Counted from the first letter of the whole stretch, positions 13,132-27,000 are shown. The stretch is DNA of 63,831 nt, filler included, from Reclinomonas americana ATCC 50394 (GCA_048213135.1; 4 parts of 4 records of this genome joined end to end with filler, not necessarily neighbours in it), one strand, 5' to 3'. Program-made: numbers and translations. The notes: generated by a model from the letters alone, not told the origin.

Positions 13132-13201
13132 GCCACACTGAGCAAACAACAACAAAAACGCGACCAAATCATGTCCTGTCAGCACTCTCTTTCTCTCACA
13201 C

Positions 13202-13700
13202 ATGGACGCGCAAAGCACACAGCGCACCACAGGCACTCTTGCGCTACTTGTGGTCATACTCCTCGCATTACAAGCCGCAGGTGAGAGAAGAGAGAGAGAG
13301 AAGAGAAGAGAGAGTGTGTGAGAGACAGACGTGTGTGAGTGTCTTTCTCACCTCTTTCTTGCTCATTCACTCACTCACTCTCTCACTCACTCACTCACTC
13401 ACTCACTCACTCACTCACTCACTCACTCACTCACTCACTCACTGCACTTACTCACACTCTCTTCTCTCTCTCTCACTCACTGCACTCACTCACTCACTCA
13501 TTCACTCACTCACTCCCTCCCTCCCTCCCTCCCTCACTCACTCACTCACTCCTTCACTCACTCCCTCCCTCCCTCCCTCCCTCCCTCCCTCACTCACTCA
13601 CTCACTCCTTCACTCACTCCTTCACTCACTCCTTCACTCACTCCTTCGCTCACTCCTTCACTCACTCCTTCACTCACTCACTCACTCACTCCTTCACTCA

Positions 13701-13731
<31 letters not shown>

Positions 13732-16098
13732 TCACTCACTCACTCACTCACTCACTCACTCCTCTCTTCTGCTTCTCCTTCTCCTTCATTGCCTTCCACT
13801 CACCCTTCCTTTTGCAGCCACTCTCCACGACCTCATCCCCAGCAACCTCTCCGGCTCCCCCGACTTTTCTCTGCATGGAGTGGCCGTGGATCGCGGCATG
13901 ACTGTCGACCTCACTCCCAGCACTGCCAGTGTCGGTGCGCTCTTGTTGTTTTGTGTGTTGTCTGTGGGGGGGTGCTCATCTCTCTTGTCACAGTTGGTGG
14001 CGTGTGGAGCCTGTTCACGTACTCGCTCTCCAACATGATTGATGTCGACGTGTCGTTTCAGATCTCGGAGCATTCGCGGTACTGCCAGGTGGGCCTCTCT
14101 CGTTGTCGATGCTCCTTCTCTCGTGCCACAGCCATGCCCGTTTTTAAGTCCCCATTCTTCTTGCTTCTGTGTATGCAGTCCCTTTTGATGCTGCCTCTCC
14201 CTTCATCTATCGTCGCACGTCCTCTTCTGATCCCTCAGTTCGCCCCAGTCCCTGTCGCTCCCATGCTTTTTGTTTCGTTGTATGCCGTGTTGCCTCTCCA
14301 GCCTGCTGTTTCTTTCTGCATGCTTGCCTCTCTCTGTTCTTTTCCTCTTCTCTCAGCTGTCCTCAGTCCTTGTCGCTCACGTTTGCTTTGGTTCTCCAAT
14401 TGCCTCAGCCTGTCCCTTCACTCGCTTCTCAGTCATTGACCTTCTCTGTCATCTTCCTTTCTCTTGCATGGGGAGTCGAAATGAGAATGTTGCACTCTGC
14501 TGCTTCATTTCTGCCACTCCTTCCTTTCTTCCTCCTGCTCTTGTCTCACTTGCTCTCGCTGTCTCTCCCTCTTCCTCCGCCCTCTCCTCCTGTCTCTCTC
14601 GCACGCGTGTAGTACTATTGTTGTCTGCTATATTCACTCGCTCAGCAGTCCGTGCTTCTCTCTTCTCCTTCTCCCTCACTTTATTTACGCTCCCTTCCCT
14701 TTTATGCCCTCAGATCACAACCATCGCCGACGGCACCGCACATCGGCAATTCGACGACTGCGAGCCACACGCCAATGGCGGCGATGGGCTGGCGCTGGTG
14801 TTTCAGGCCTCCAGTGTGCCCATGCGATCGCTGGGCGGCTCGGGAGGTGGCGGTGGATTCGACGGGCTGACTCGTGCGCTGGCCGTGTACTTTGACTCGC
14901 ATTCCAACATGAATAAGTTGCGTGTCACGATGCGCTGTGCTTCTTCTCTCATCGGCCTCCCGTCCGTATCTGCCTCTGTGCAATGACGCTCTCTTCCTTG
15001 ATTGCTGAGATGCCGACGCGCTTGCCTCGCCTTTCTCTTTCACGCAAGCACTCTCTCTTCTATTCAGTGCAACCGCACTGACTTGCACGTTGCCGCACGA
15101 TGCTGTACACAATGCACTAGTCACCTGTCTCCCCCGCGCCCTCTTTGTGTTTGTCGCACTCCGTTTGCATCAATATTTCCTCGATCTGTTGTTCATTCTT
15201 GTACCTTCCTTCTCTCCCGTTACTCGCAGTACCTAAGCGTTGCGATTCAGTGCTCTCCTCCCTTTCTACAGTTGCTTTCTCTGCCACATACTCGCACTCT
15301 GCTTTGCACTCTCTTCAACATTCACATTTCAGTACACATGCGGTCTCCTGTCTGACTCTTGCATCTCTCTTTCCTCATGAGCGTGAATACTCACTTCCAC
15401 GTCTTCTTCCACCTCTCTCTCTTTCCTCTCCCCCCTCTCCTCTCTCCCCTCTCCTCTCTCCCCTCTTCGCCCCTCTCTCCCCTTTCCCCCTTCCACCCTT
15501 CCCTCCCACCCGCAGCCACGAAACATGGGGCGGCGAGCTCGGCGTCTACGCCGGCGGCGTAGGCGGCATCACCACCGACGAAACCACGCGCATCTACTCT
15601 GGCGCCCTGCGCTTCAACATCTCCGACACCCTGTCGCACTCGTTCCGCGCCTCTCTGCGGCCCGGTCTGCCACCAGCGTGGCTCACGAGCCGCGTGCAAC
15701 TGAGTTGCGCTCTTGTTGATTGTACGTTCTCCTTATCTCGGATCCTTACCTGCTGTGGCAGACACGCTCGGCGGCACCTATCTTGGCTCGCCACTGACGA
15801 CGGCCGACCGGTACGCCTCGTTGTACATTTGGATGTCGCCCAACACGGATCCGTACCCCGAAATCGTGCTCCCCATCAATCTCGATGCCGTTGCGTTCCC
15901 CATTTCTGCTTCTCCTTTCCTCCTTTTCTTCCTCACCTCACCTCTCTGTGGTAGATCTTTGGACCGGCCGTCGCCAACGTGTACGCCGGCCTCACGTCGT
16001 CCACTGGCGGCCGGCATTCCAAGCACACGGTGGTCAGCTGGGAGGTCTGCGAGAGACCCATACCCGTCGACACGCTCGTCATGTCGTGTCCGCCGTGA
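13202..16098 (+). CDS. Secreted legume-type (L-type) lectin domain protein, 7 exons
   Basis: Signal peptide (TLALLVVILLALQAA), then FSLHGVA..VDLTP..GGVWS, GGDGLALVFQ, GGGGGFDGL..ALAVYFDSH and VYAGLTSSTGGRHSKHTVVSW, which are L-type lectin motifs. Confidence 0.85.
13365..13760. repeat. (CACT)n / (CCCT)n / (CT)n compound microsatellite in lectin intron 1
   Basis: Directly visible tetranucleotide arrays. Confidence 0.95.
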
Positions 16099-16233
16099 TG
16101 CACGAAAAAATATGAATGCCTTTTGTACTTTTCTGCTCAGCGTCTCTCTCAAGTCACCTCTATGTGGGATTCTAGATAATCAAAAATAGGAAAGACAGAG
16201 CAGGGCACCGGAAGGCTCGATATTGTCCATGTC

Positions 16234-19200
16234 TTAGGCGGTGGCGGTGGTGATCTGTGGCACGGACCAGCCTGCACACACATTCTTGTGAGCGACAAAA
16301 AGCATGCACACCAATCGGGTTCCCATTTCACGTACCGTAGGTGTTGACAAACTGCTTGAGGGAGGGGTTGTCGTGGGTCAGCGCCGGCAGGTACTCGCGC
16401 ACAAACTCACGAGTCCACCACTGCGTCGGCGAGTCGGTGTTGACGGCAAAGCGGTAGCGGTACAGATCGGCCTTGACGGCCACCGGCGGGGAGCCGCCAG
16501 CAAAGGGGTTGCGTGCCAGCAGAGAGGTGACCTGCGCGAGAAGGGGAAGGAGGGGGACACGCTAATGTCAGCAACATGAATCGGAGGCCGAAGATACCCG
16601 AAGATGAGGCGGAGCACACTCTCCCCCTGCATGCTTCTTTCGTGGACGAAGATGTAAACCGTCAGGGCCAAGTAAGGAGGTCAGAGCAAGACGTGTAGAG
16701 AGTGCACCACAATGAGCCACACGTGATACGCCAAAGAATTCTCACTCACTTGCAACGCTCCCTTGTCTTCCTCGTGCGACGACTAACCTCCGCGTTGAGG
16801 AAACAATGTGCATTCTCACTCAGCTTGCAGCAACCCACTCTGATCTCACTATCTGGTGGCGCAGACAAACCCTCCGCGAAAGACGACTCACTTCTACGTT
16901 GATCTCAACTCATGAGGTGCCACTTACAGCGCAAACGAGCAATGCACGTGAATACAAAACTCACGATGTGAAACCAACTCACATGAAGTTGCACAACCAC
17001 ACACACCCTGTGTACCCGTGCTGAGCGCAAAAGCCATTCGCTTCGCTCACACGCACTCACATTATTCCTTAAAACCTCTTCGACTCGTGCACAAACGCAG
17101 TACATCCCAGCCGCTTCTGAACACCCTATGCTGACTGCAAGTACACTCACACCCGCATGCTCCTCAAACGCCTGACCCAATATTCACACACTCAGCCTTT
17201 GCTTTCTCTTCCCCCAATCTCTCTCGTCTCACCTCCGGCGTGTTGGCCAGCAAGTGAGCCGTCAGGCTGATGATCCACGGCTGCGCGTTGTACGGCATCT
17301 ACAAGAGTTGATAAGCAACGAGGAGCAACAGCACGTCGCGACCACATCAAAATTAGTACCTGCTGGGCGAACCACTGCGAAGAGGCAAGGAAAGTGGTGA
17401 GAAAACAATTAGCTGTGCGGTTCATGGAGGAGAGCGTGCTCACCATCTGCCAGTCGAGGCGGTAGTGGAACGGCGAAATGAGGCACGGCATGCGATTCAC
17501 GTCGCCCGGCTTGCACTGCAACGCGCTAAATGAGTGAAGCGAGAAGCAGGTGATCGTGCTTTGCAATATGACCCAACTGGGAACTCATACTCCTCCCACG
17601 TCTGACCGTCGCGCGTGCCAAGGATGATCACCTCGTGGCGCTCCTTGGAAATGGCGCCAAAGGCACCGTAGGTGCCGACTGCGAGCGACTCGGGATGTGA
17701 GAAATTGCCGGGAATACACACCCGTGAACAGCAGCTCACCAATGTGCAGGCGGTCCATGGAGGCTACAAGACGCACAAAATGAAAGGGTGAGCACCACAA
17801 GAAGCACTCATTCCATCTCAACTCCAACCCTACCATTCATGATTTGATGGTGCTCCGGGTACGCCAGGTTCTGCGAATCCAGCCCGCCACGTGGGTCAGC
17901 CTCGTCAATTCAAAAGCAGCAGCTGCTACAACACCAACCTGCACCACCGGCACCGACAACCACGCCACCGTTGCCACGAGGGCCACGGTCGCCACCAGAC
18001 GAATGACTTGCGGCAGCACAGCCGTGCAACGACGGGCGAACGAGCGCTTCCGGATCTCAACGGCCTTCTTCTGGCGCATCTCCTCCGCGGCCACCGCGTG
18101 GCGGCTGATAAAGCGCGGAGTCTGCGTGGAGGGAAGGTTCAGTGAGCACCGCGAAGATTGCGAAGAAATGGATGGACAGCGAATTTGACTCACAAACTTG
18201 GCGAGGAAGGCATCATCGAGGGAGAAGATGGCCGGCACGATGCTGAGCCCTGCGTGCAAATGAAGTCAGCAGCTGTTACCTTGTGAGCACACAGGCAGTC
18301 GTTACGCACAGTTCCTGCAAGGACAGAATGAGCGTGAATGTCAAGCAGCACTGTGTTGGCGGGGAAACAGACTCACAGGTACGACAGGTTGCCGCTGCGC
18401 AAATAAAGCAACAGAATGAGAAACGGTGCGCGTACTCACGAACCGTGTTCCTCACGATCAACCGCACCTGATGATCAGCATCACCTGGAAGCCGATTTGG
18501 ATGACACCAGCCGTGCGCTGGACGTAGCGGTTCGGCACGAGGAGGCCGAACGGGCTGTTCACGACGCAAGAAGAATTAAGGTGAGCAGCGAGGATAAAGA
18601 AGAGCAGTACAGCCACAAGGAACGAAACACCACTAGCTCCACAAAGTGGTTGACAGCAGTCGAGGCCATTTGCGCCTCCACCGGCAACATGTGCAGGAAC
18701 TGCGTTCACCGAGGGAGGTGAGGAATAGTGGACGCGTTGAGCAACGAATGCACGTCAGTTGAAACGCACGTACGACACTGCATGGTGAAAATGAGAGACT
18801 TGTTTTGAGACGCAGAGGGGAACACAGACACAGACTCACCAGGCGACGGATTCGGCTGCGTCTCGTAGTGGTAGCTGCCAAAAGGAACACGATGAGTTAC
18901 GGACGCATGTCAGTCGCAAGAGTGCGAGAAAGCTCACTTCATGCAGGTCAGATCGCGCCAGCACTGGTCACCGCGAATCTGCACACTCACGAAAGTGAGA
19001 CACCGCGCACGCTGCGACGCAAAGCGAAGAGTCGCGCAAACCTTGATCAGACCGGCACCCAGCATCTGCGACACAATATGTTGAGCAACGTGATCTTGTA
19101 TGACTAAAACAACAAGCGACAAACGCACCAGTCGGAACATGAACCAGCGCATGAGCCACACCACAACAGTCGACGGCGCCGACGACGAAGCGAACGGCCA

Positions 19201-19690
19201 TGGCTTCGTGAACGGCACGAGGAAGCAGGCAAGGAAGCCCAGCTCCAGTGTCTGCGCAAACACCGGCAGTGAGGATCGAGTGGACAAAGTTGATCTTTCC
19301 GTTTGTTGCCTCACCATCGCCTCCCATCCAAAACCGTAGAAAGTCTGCGGCACACGGTGTGAGAGCGAGCTATTGAAGTGAAACGAATCGGAAAGAGGAC
19401 GCAACTTGGCCCACTTGCACAATGGACTGGTAGCAGCACCACAGGCCAAACATGATGAAGAAGTTGGCAAAGCCGGCCACCACGAGACCAGCCAGGACCA
19501 TGCCCACAACGCTGCACGCATATCACGTCAGGACTAAAGTGTGTCTCTCTAAGAAATCTCTCCGTCCGTGCACACACCTCAGCTGCATCAGGCCATTGTC
19601 CACGGCAGTACCGTTGCCACCATCGGCCTCGAACCAGAACTGGACAAGTGTACGGTGAGTGGGGAGGGGAAACAACCGCACACGTTCCTG

Positions 19691-19721
<31 letters not shown>

Positions 19722-20831
19722 ACTCACTTCCCCACTTCTATTCTCTTTCCCGCCCACTCACCCACAGCAGAGATGGCACTTGAGTGATGCGCTCGTACAG
19801 ATTGCCTGGCACGCGCTGCATCACGTTGACGGCCGGCGTGATGCCGTTCCGACCAAGGAGACCCTTGCGTGCACAGGTGAGACAATGTTGGTGATCGCAA
19901 ATTCTGCATTCCGATCCCCACCGCACCTGGTTCTGCGTGAACGCAATCGCAAAGGCCACAAAGTAGCACAGGCCCAGCAGACGCAGGCCCCAGAAGCGAG
20001 TCAGCCAGAAGGTGACCGGGGTGGCCGGCTTGCGCACTGCACCCATTGTGAGATAAGTTAGTGACAGAGGACAAGAAGATGTCGAAGCAAGAGAGTGGAG
20101 GTGAAGGCAGACGTGGACGGAAACTGGTGAATGACAGAGAGGAGAAGCTCACCTTCCATCCAGGGTGGCGAAGAAGGAAGAAGCACGCCAGAACACGATA
20201 GACGCACCAAGGTGCCACAGAAACGACAGCATGCCTCCTCTCTTTCCCTAATCCCCCTCCCCCTTCCTCCCTCCCCCATTCCGCACCTTCATGCATAACC
20301 ACGCTGGCCTTCTCATTGCCGGTCTTGGTAGACGTCACCTTGGTGGTGGTCACCGTGGACTTTTTGTTGGTGATCGGAGAAACCACCTTGCGCCGCGTGA
20401 CCCCGCCACTGACATCGACAATCTGCGGCACCTCGACCTCCTCCTCGACATAGATCGACTCCTCCACCCACGACACACTGTCGGCCGAGTCCGCCGCGTC
20501 GTCCGTGTAATACATCGTGCCTTGGCTGTCGGCGCCGGGCGAGGAAACTGCGCAGCGCGCGGGAAAACGAATTGGCGCCAAATACAATATGCGGCGAGAC
20601 AGAGATGCAGTGGAAAGATGCAAAGAGCGCAGAGAGCGTGTGAAAGAGAAGGGCAGAGAGTGGCAGCAGCGCATGCATGGTGGAGTGGAGGGCGAATCAT
20701 GCATCTCCTTGATGGCGATGAAAAGGCGGGAAAGGAACAACTCCCTTGCGCACTCCAAGATGAGAGAGAGACAGTGAGTGTGGTGCAGCAACGCAACTGG
20801 TAGTGGTCTGCTCCACTTGGGCACTGGCCAT
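16234..20831 (-). CDS. LMF1: Lipase maturation factor family ER membrane protein, about 26 exons including 5- and 8-nt microexons
   Basis: FWLTRFWGLRLLG, GLLGRNGITP, VGQTFYGFGWEAMTLELGFL, LMRWFMFRLMLGAGLIKIRGDQCWRDLTCMNYHYETQPNP, SGNLSYLNWLSI, GTYGAFG, WEEYEFPCKPGD and PFHYRLDWQMWFA. Confidence 0.95.
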
Positions 20832-21192
20832 TCGATCTGTGAGTGAGAGAGAGAGAAGAGTGAGAGAAAGAGATAAAGAGTGAGATGCATGCAACATGCA
20901 GTGACTGAACGACAAATGTCTGTGCGAGAGAGAAAGAGAGGAGGAGGCTGACAGAGAGGATGCACAAGTGAGAGTTGAGTGCGCCCACTCACCAAGAAAG
21001 CAAGAAGAACGTGAATGTCGGCCAATGTCCTGCTCAGGAACGTCGCATATTCCGAGTTGCTCGTTTCCCGCGCCTCTCTTCCATTTCCCACTCACCACTG
21101 CCACACAGGCGCACGCGCATACCATCTGCATTCCACATCGCCACCACTCCCTTCCCCCATCAACGTTGCAGGACAACTTTTCATCCAAAAAA

Positions 21193-22334
21193 ATGCCTGT
21201 GAGAAGACCCACGCTCCTCCTCCTCCCGCTCCTCCTCCTCCTAACGTGCCTCTCCATCACCGCCGCGCGCACACCTGGCCGCCTCTTCGCCGCCACCTTC
21301 GACATTGACCACGACGTGCCGCACCACACCGAATCGCTGGTCCTGCTGAACCCGCACACCGGTGCCGAAGTCGCCTCCCTGCGCCACTTTGCCGACGCCG
21401 ACAATGCCATGACGGCGGCGGCAATTTCTCCCGCGCAATTCCTCGTATATTCCGTGCCCGAGTTCGCACAGGCGAGCTTTTATGTGGTCAACGTCACGGG
21501 CAGTGAGGCCGGGCAGGGTCGCGTGGTGCACCAGGCGCCCGTGCTGACCGAGATCGGAGAGATGCGGTGTGCGCAGTCGATGGGCAGTGTGTCCGCCACC
21601 GAGTGCTTTGGAATTGTGCTGGGCGTGGAGCAGAGTGACAATCAGCTGTTGCGCGTGGATCCGCTCACGGGGAACTATACCATGGCGGCCTCGTTGGAGC
21701 GATTCGATGGGTACACCATGGATGCTACGGCGTATGACACCAAGAACGGCTTGTATCATGCGGTGCTGGTGGGTCCGGCGCACAATGAAGCAGAAGCGCG
21801 GAGGCGGGAAGGCGGTCGCCCGTTGCTGCGGCGTCGTCGTGGTGTGCGAGGTGTGGAGGAGGAGGTCGGGCTGCTCTCCGATCAGTACCTGGCCACCATC
21901 GATGTGCGCTCGGGCAAGGTGCTCAAGTCGGTGCCGATGGGGCGCTACTTTGGCGGCCCGCTGTGCGTCGACGGCACGCACGGCCTGCTCTCGCTCGGCA
22001 ACGAGGACAACAATGGGTTGGTGGCCGTCGACTGGCGCACGGTACGCTGCAGCAGCTGCCTCTCACGTTGTCTCACTCCTCTCTCGCCTCACGTGGCGCG
22101 CGCGCGCAGGGAGCGCAAACGGTGCTCTACCGCCCGCAGCTGGCCGGGCCGGCCGAGTACTACGCCGCCGCGTGTGAGGCCGGCTTTGTGTCGGTGATCA
22201 CCACCACGCACCAGCTGTTCTACCTCGTCACGCTGGATCTCGAGACGGCGTCGTCGTCGTCGTCGACGCCCACCGTCGTCGGCAACTGCACCACGGCCAT
22301 TTTGACGCACGCGCTGGCCATGGCCAAGCCGTGA
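21193..22334 (+). CDS. Secreted putative beta-propeller protein (exons 21193-22041 and 22110-22334)
   Basis: Leu-rich signal peptide. Blade-like motifs LVLLNPHTG, LLRVDPLTG, AYDTKNG, LATIDVRSG, LVAVDWRTG and LVTLDLET. One GT-AG intron. Confidence 0.8.
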
Positions 22335-22389
22335 TCGCGGGAAGGAGAAGGAGCGTCTCTCTGAATAGGAGGGACTTTGTTGCGATTGG

Positions 22390-22790
22390 TGAGGGCAGGC
22401 CAAGGAAGGGGAAAGAGTTGAGTGTACAAGGGTCAAGGGTCAACCAGGGGAAAGGGGTCGAGGAAGAGGGTACACAGTTGAGCGCGAGTTGAGGGAAGGG
22501 GAGCGGAGGTCGGGGATAGAGAGAAGTGGAGGGCACATGTACAGAGCTGAGAGTGAGTCAGGGGAAAGGATCGCACAGGGGTCAAGGATGAGGGAAGGGG
22601 TGATAGAGGGCACAGAGCTGATGTCGAGAGAGAGCAAGGGAAAAGGTCTAAGGTTAAGCACACACAGGTCAGGGATTGGGGGAAGGGAGGTGGGACCAAT
22701 CGCGAGAGTGAGTCAGGGGAAAGGGTCGAAGTGGGGGAGTACACAGGCCAGGGATCGAGGGAAGAGAGGTGGGGAGTGGAGCACAAAGCT
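22390..22790. repeat. Degenerate purine-rich tandem repeat downstream of the beta-propeller gene
   Basis: Recurrent gggcacagagctga..., gagtcaggggaaagg and agggtcaaggg/gatcgagg motifs. Confidence 0.55.
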
Positions 22791-23418
22791 GATGTTGAGC
22801 GTGAGTCAGTGGAAAGGTTTGCGAATTCGTATAGGCCAGCTACAGAGTCAGCGATCGAGGGAAGGCGGGCAAAGGGTACGGCGCTGCATGCGCACGTGGC
22901 TGCAGGGTGGTGGGTCGGAATTGATTGCGAAGATGAGGGCTCAGCGTGTTGCCATGGGCCACGGGTCGTGAAAGCAAGGGGATTGGGTTGTAGAAGGAGA
23001 AATCAAGAGTGGCCAAGAGTCAAGGATCGAGGAAAAGGACCAATTGCAAATGTCCGTGATAGTGGGCAGAGAGTGAGTGTGGCAGCAGGGCGGTGGATCG
23101 GACTGCTTTGTGCCTTGAAAGGGGTCGTAGTTAGAGAAAAAAAGAGTCGGCAGCCAAGGGAAGTGGCCACATTGTTGCCATCGTCGACGTCGCCTGCGAT
23201 AATGATTGCCAAAAAACAAAGATGAGCTCCCAGTGTAATAAAGCACTGAAGGAAGCAGCTACAAACGAGCACTCACCTCTCACTCTCTCTCTCTCTCTCA
23301 CCGACGTCGCATGTCCTGAACATTGCGAGTCGCGGCGGGCATTGCGAAGAGAGCGGGCCCTCACTCTCACTCACTCACTGTGTGAGCACCAAGCAACGCA
23401 AAGTGCACGCGTAACAAC

Positions 23419-23794
23419 ATGAGCGCCTCGAGCAATCCCGAGGGTGAGAGAGAGACTCGAAATTCGCGCGCAAGAGAGGAAAACGTCTCTCACTCACTCA
23501 CTCTATCTCTCTCTCACTCTGACTCAGTGGACTGGTTGGGAATGACGACAAACTCAGAGCCGCGAGCAGGTCACACGGCGTGCATGGTCGACGATCGAAT
23601 TGTGGTGTTTGGTGGACGAACGGCCACGTTGAGTGCATTTCACTCTGACTCTGACTCACTCTCTCATTTGCTCACTGATTCATTCATTCACTCGCTCACA
23701 CAGAGGAGAGCCGACCAATGAAGTGCTGGTGTTTACGCCTATGTTTGGCGCGCCTGCTGATGCTGCTGCTGCTGCTGCTGCGACTGGTGTGTGG

Positions 23795-23830
<36 letters not shown>

Positions 23831-24014
23831 GTCTCTGTCTGTCTGTCTGTTTCTCTCTCTGTCTCCTGTGTGGCACTGTCTCTCTTTCTCTTTCTCTCTC
23901 TTTCTCTNNNNNNNNNNNNNNNNNNNNNNNNNNNNNNNNNNNNNNNNNNNNTTAATTAATTAANNNNNNNNNNNNNNNNNNNNNNNNNNNNNNNNNNNNN
24001 NNNNNNNCTCTTCT

Positions 24015-24074
<60 letters not shown>

Positions 24075-27000
24075 GTCTGTCTGTCTCTTGTGTGGTACTG
24101 ATTGATTGCTTGTGTCGTTGTGCAGGTGGTGAAGACGCACCCGAGTTCCTCGGCTTCAATTTCGGCTCTGTGCGACCGTCAGCGGAGGTGCTGTTCTCTC
24201 ATTCTCCACTCCTCTGATTGTGTGCTTCTCTCCATTGACAGCCTCCAGTCTCTTCGCTTCTTTGCCTTCTTCTCCTCTGTTTCCTCCTCCTCCTGCTGCT
24301 GCTACTTATCGCCTGCTTCATCTTCTTCTACCTCCCACCTCTCTTCTTCTTTCGCAGCAGGTGCTGCTGCCTCCGGTCTTTGCCTCTCTCTCTCCCCTCG
24401 CTCTCTCTCTGTCTCTCACTCGCTCTGTCGTCTCTCCCTCTCCAGTTCCTGCTTCCATGTAGTCGGCCTCTTGTCTCTGGTGTTCTCATCTCCATTCTTC
24501 TTCTTCTTCTCAGTCTGCTTCCTCCTCCTCCTCCTCCTGCTGCTGCTGCTCTTATTCTCGCTGCTTCTCCTTTGCTTCGCCTTCTTGTTCTTGCGCTGCT
24601 TCGCCTTCTCCTTGTGTGCCTCCCTCTCTCTACCGCTTTGTTGCTTGCCTTCCATTTGTCTTCTTCTGCCTCCCCTTTCTCTTCTTCTCCCTCTCCTCTT
24701 CCTCCTGCTCTTACTCCTTTTCCTTTGCTTTGCTTTCCTCCCTTCTTTCTCACCCCACTCCCCCTTCTCCTCACTCTCTTTCCCCCTCACAGGTCGTCCG
24801 ACCACGCGCCTTCCACGGAGCGGCGTCGTACCCAGCGCGACACTCGGTGATCATTCTCGGCGGTCGCGGTGGGGCTGCTGGCGACGAGTGGACGTCGGAT
24901 GCGGTGGAGCTGTCGGTGACGGTCAAGGTGCAGGAGGGCGACAGTGCGCTGCAGCAGCCGCAGCAGGCGGTGTTTCAGAGCGCCACCACTGTGTTGACCT
25001 ACATGCCCAATCGGCTCACCAATCGGTGTGCGCATGTGTGCTGTCTGGTGCACACGCACTGGCTGGTGGTGGTCGGTGGTCTGGTGCCTCTTGAGGATGA
25101 ACAAAAGTATGGATTGCCGCCGATTTTGGAGGCGTATGATTTGGGTGAGCAACCGCGCGGCGTAGCGACTCTCATTCTCTCTCTCTCTCTCTCTCTCTCC
25201 CCTTTGAGGCTTCGATTGTGACTGACGTTGTGTTTCTCCCCAGCGGGACGCGCGGTGGTCCCGTTGCGCTTTATTGGTCTACCGCGGTACGACCGGCTGC
25301 ATTCACATGCGGCCACTGCCGTGTCGGAGAGCCGCATTGTCATTGCCAGTGGATCGACGGCATCGCAGGTGCTCTCCGACGTGTGGGTGGTGGATTTTGC
25401 CGCCGACGGTGATTTGCTTGATTCTGAAATCTTTTTTTCCCTCGTCTTGCGCTCACCGCCTTTGCAGGCACGGTCACATGGACGTCTGTGGCTCCATCGT
25501 ACTCCACACCACATTTTACACCGCGTTCCGGATGCATCGCCGCTCCCGTGTCACCCGATGCGGTGCTGCTGCTGGGCGGATTGGGTGCCAGTGGAGAGCT
25601 CATGGACGACATGTGGCTCTTGCAGCGCGACGTTGGTATGCAATTTGTGTGGGGAAGGATGTGTATTATGTACACGACACGTGGCCCACCCTCCGTACTA
25701 TCGCAGCACACAAATCGCAGCGACGGTGGCGCATGATTCACGTCCCCACGCCAGCCGACGCCTCGGACTTGCCAAGGTCGCGCTACCTGGCTTCGCTGAC
25801 TCCGGGCGGTGCCCAGTTTGGGGAGGGCGCTGTGGTTCTGTACGGAGGATGTGCAGGAGCAGCGACGGAGCTGTGCAACGACGTATTTGTCGGCTTTGTG
25901 TTTACTCGTACGTCTCCCCAGAGATTCAGGTTTTGTTTGTGTTTTCAACTCATTTGCGATCGCATTCATTTTCCACACGTAGCGGACCTACCACCTCCGG
26001 CACAACCGACGCATTCCACACGCGCCGTGCACTTTGCTGGCGAGAGTCTGACGGCGTCGCCAGTGGCCACCGCTGACAGTGCTCTGCACGACAGCCGCAG
26101 CGAGCCCGATTCGGATGCGGATATGTTGAAGCAGTGGGCGGGAGGCGAGGATGACTCGGTGAGCTCTGCCATGCTGGAAGGTACTCTGCGTGAACGCCTT
26201 CCTGCTCACACTCTGCACGTAGCTGGTTTTGAGTGAGGGAAGAAGCTTGGAAGTACATCCCGACGACGCGGACGGTGCCGCCTTGATGGAGACATCGTCA
26301 CGAGGGCATCAAGCGACAGGTGCGTCTTTGTCGCGTACACTACTCGGAGTCAGATGTATCTGTGCTTACGATGTTTGTCACTCTCCTTCTCTCCCTTGCT
26401 CTCTCTGTTTCTCTGTGTGTCTCTGTGTGTGTGTGTGTTTCTCTCTCCGCGTCTCCTTCCGTGTCTCTCGCTGTCGCCGTCTCTCTCCCCCCTCCTCTCT
26501 ACTGGGCAGTCGCCGTGCAACCATTGATTGATCGGGTGGCGGAGGACGTGCGCAATCAATCGACACGAATCACCGAGCGCGTCGCACAGCTGGAATCGAA
26601 ACTGACGGTCGCGGAACGATTCGTCGCCGAGAACCGTGAGTCTCTGAAAAGCATTCGTGACACTCTTTTGTGCATCGTCGCACTCATCCTGTCGTGCATG
26701 TGTGCCGCAGGGAAACGATTGACCTCCATTCCCGAGCTGGAACAGACGCTGAAGCAGCGCGACTCGGAGTTGCAACAGATGCGCACAGAGGCCGCAGACG
26801 GCAAGCGAGTGGTGACCCTATTGCAGCAGGAGGTGGAAAAGGCACGTAAGCGAGTCGACGACGCGCGCTCGGAGGCTGCCGAAACCATGCGCAAGTTGCA
26901 AGACCTGCAAAAGCGCGACAAGGAGCAGGAGGACGAATTGACGCGCCGAGTGCACGAGTTGGACGAGCAGCTGGCGGCGTTGCAATCCGAGCCCGTGTGG

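Noticed and set aside
19340..19410. Alternative reading of GTTGCG donors as non-canonical TT...AGN introns
   Set aside because: Frame-equivalent at all sites, but here GT-AG gives the family-typical VGQTFY whereas the slid junction gives VGQAFY, and the base after AG varies. Not fully excluded without cDNA.
23952..23963. TTAATTAATTAA palindromes inside N runs (also 50270 and 56621)
   Set aside because: An identical all-frame-stop spacer centred in 100-bp gaps is an assembly linker, not biology.
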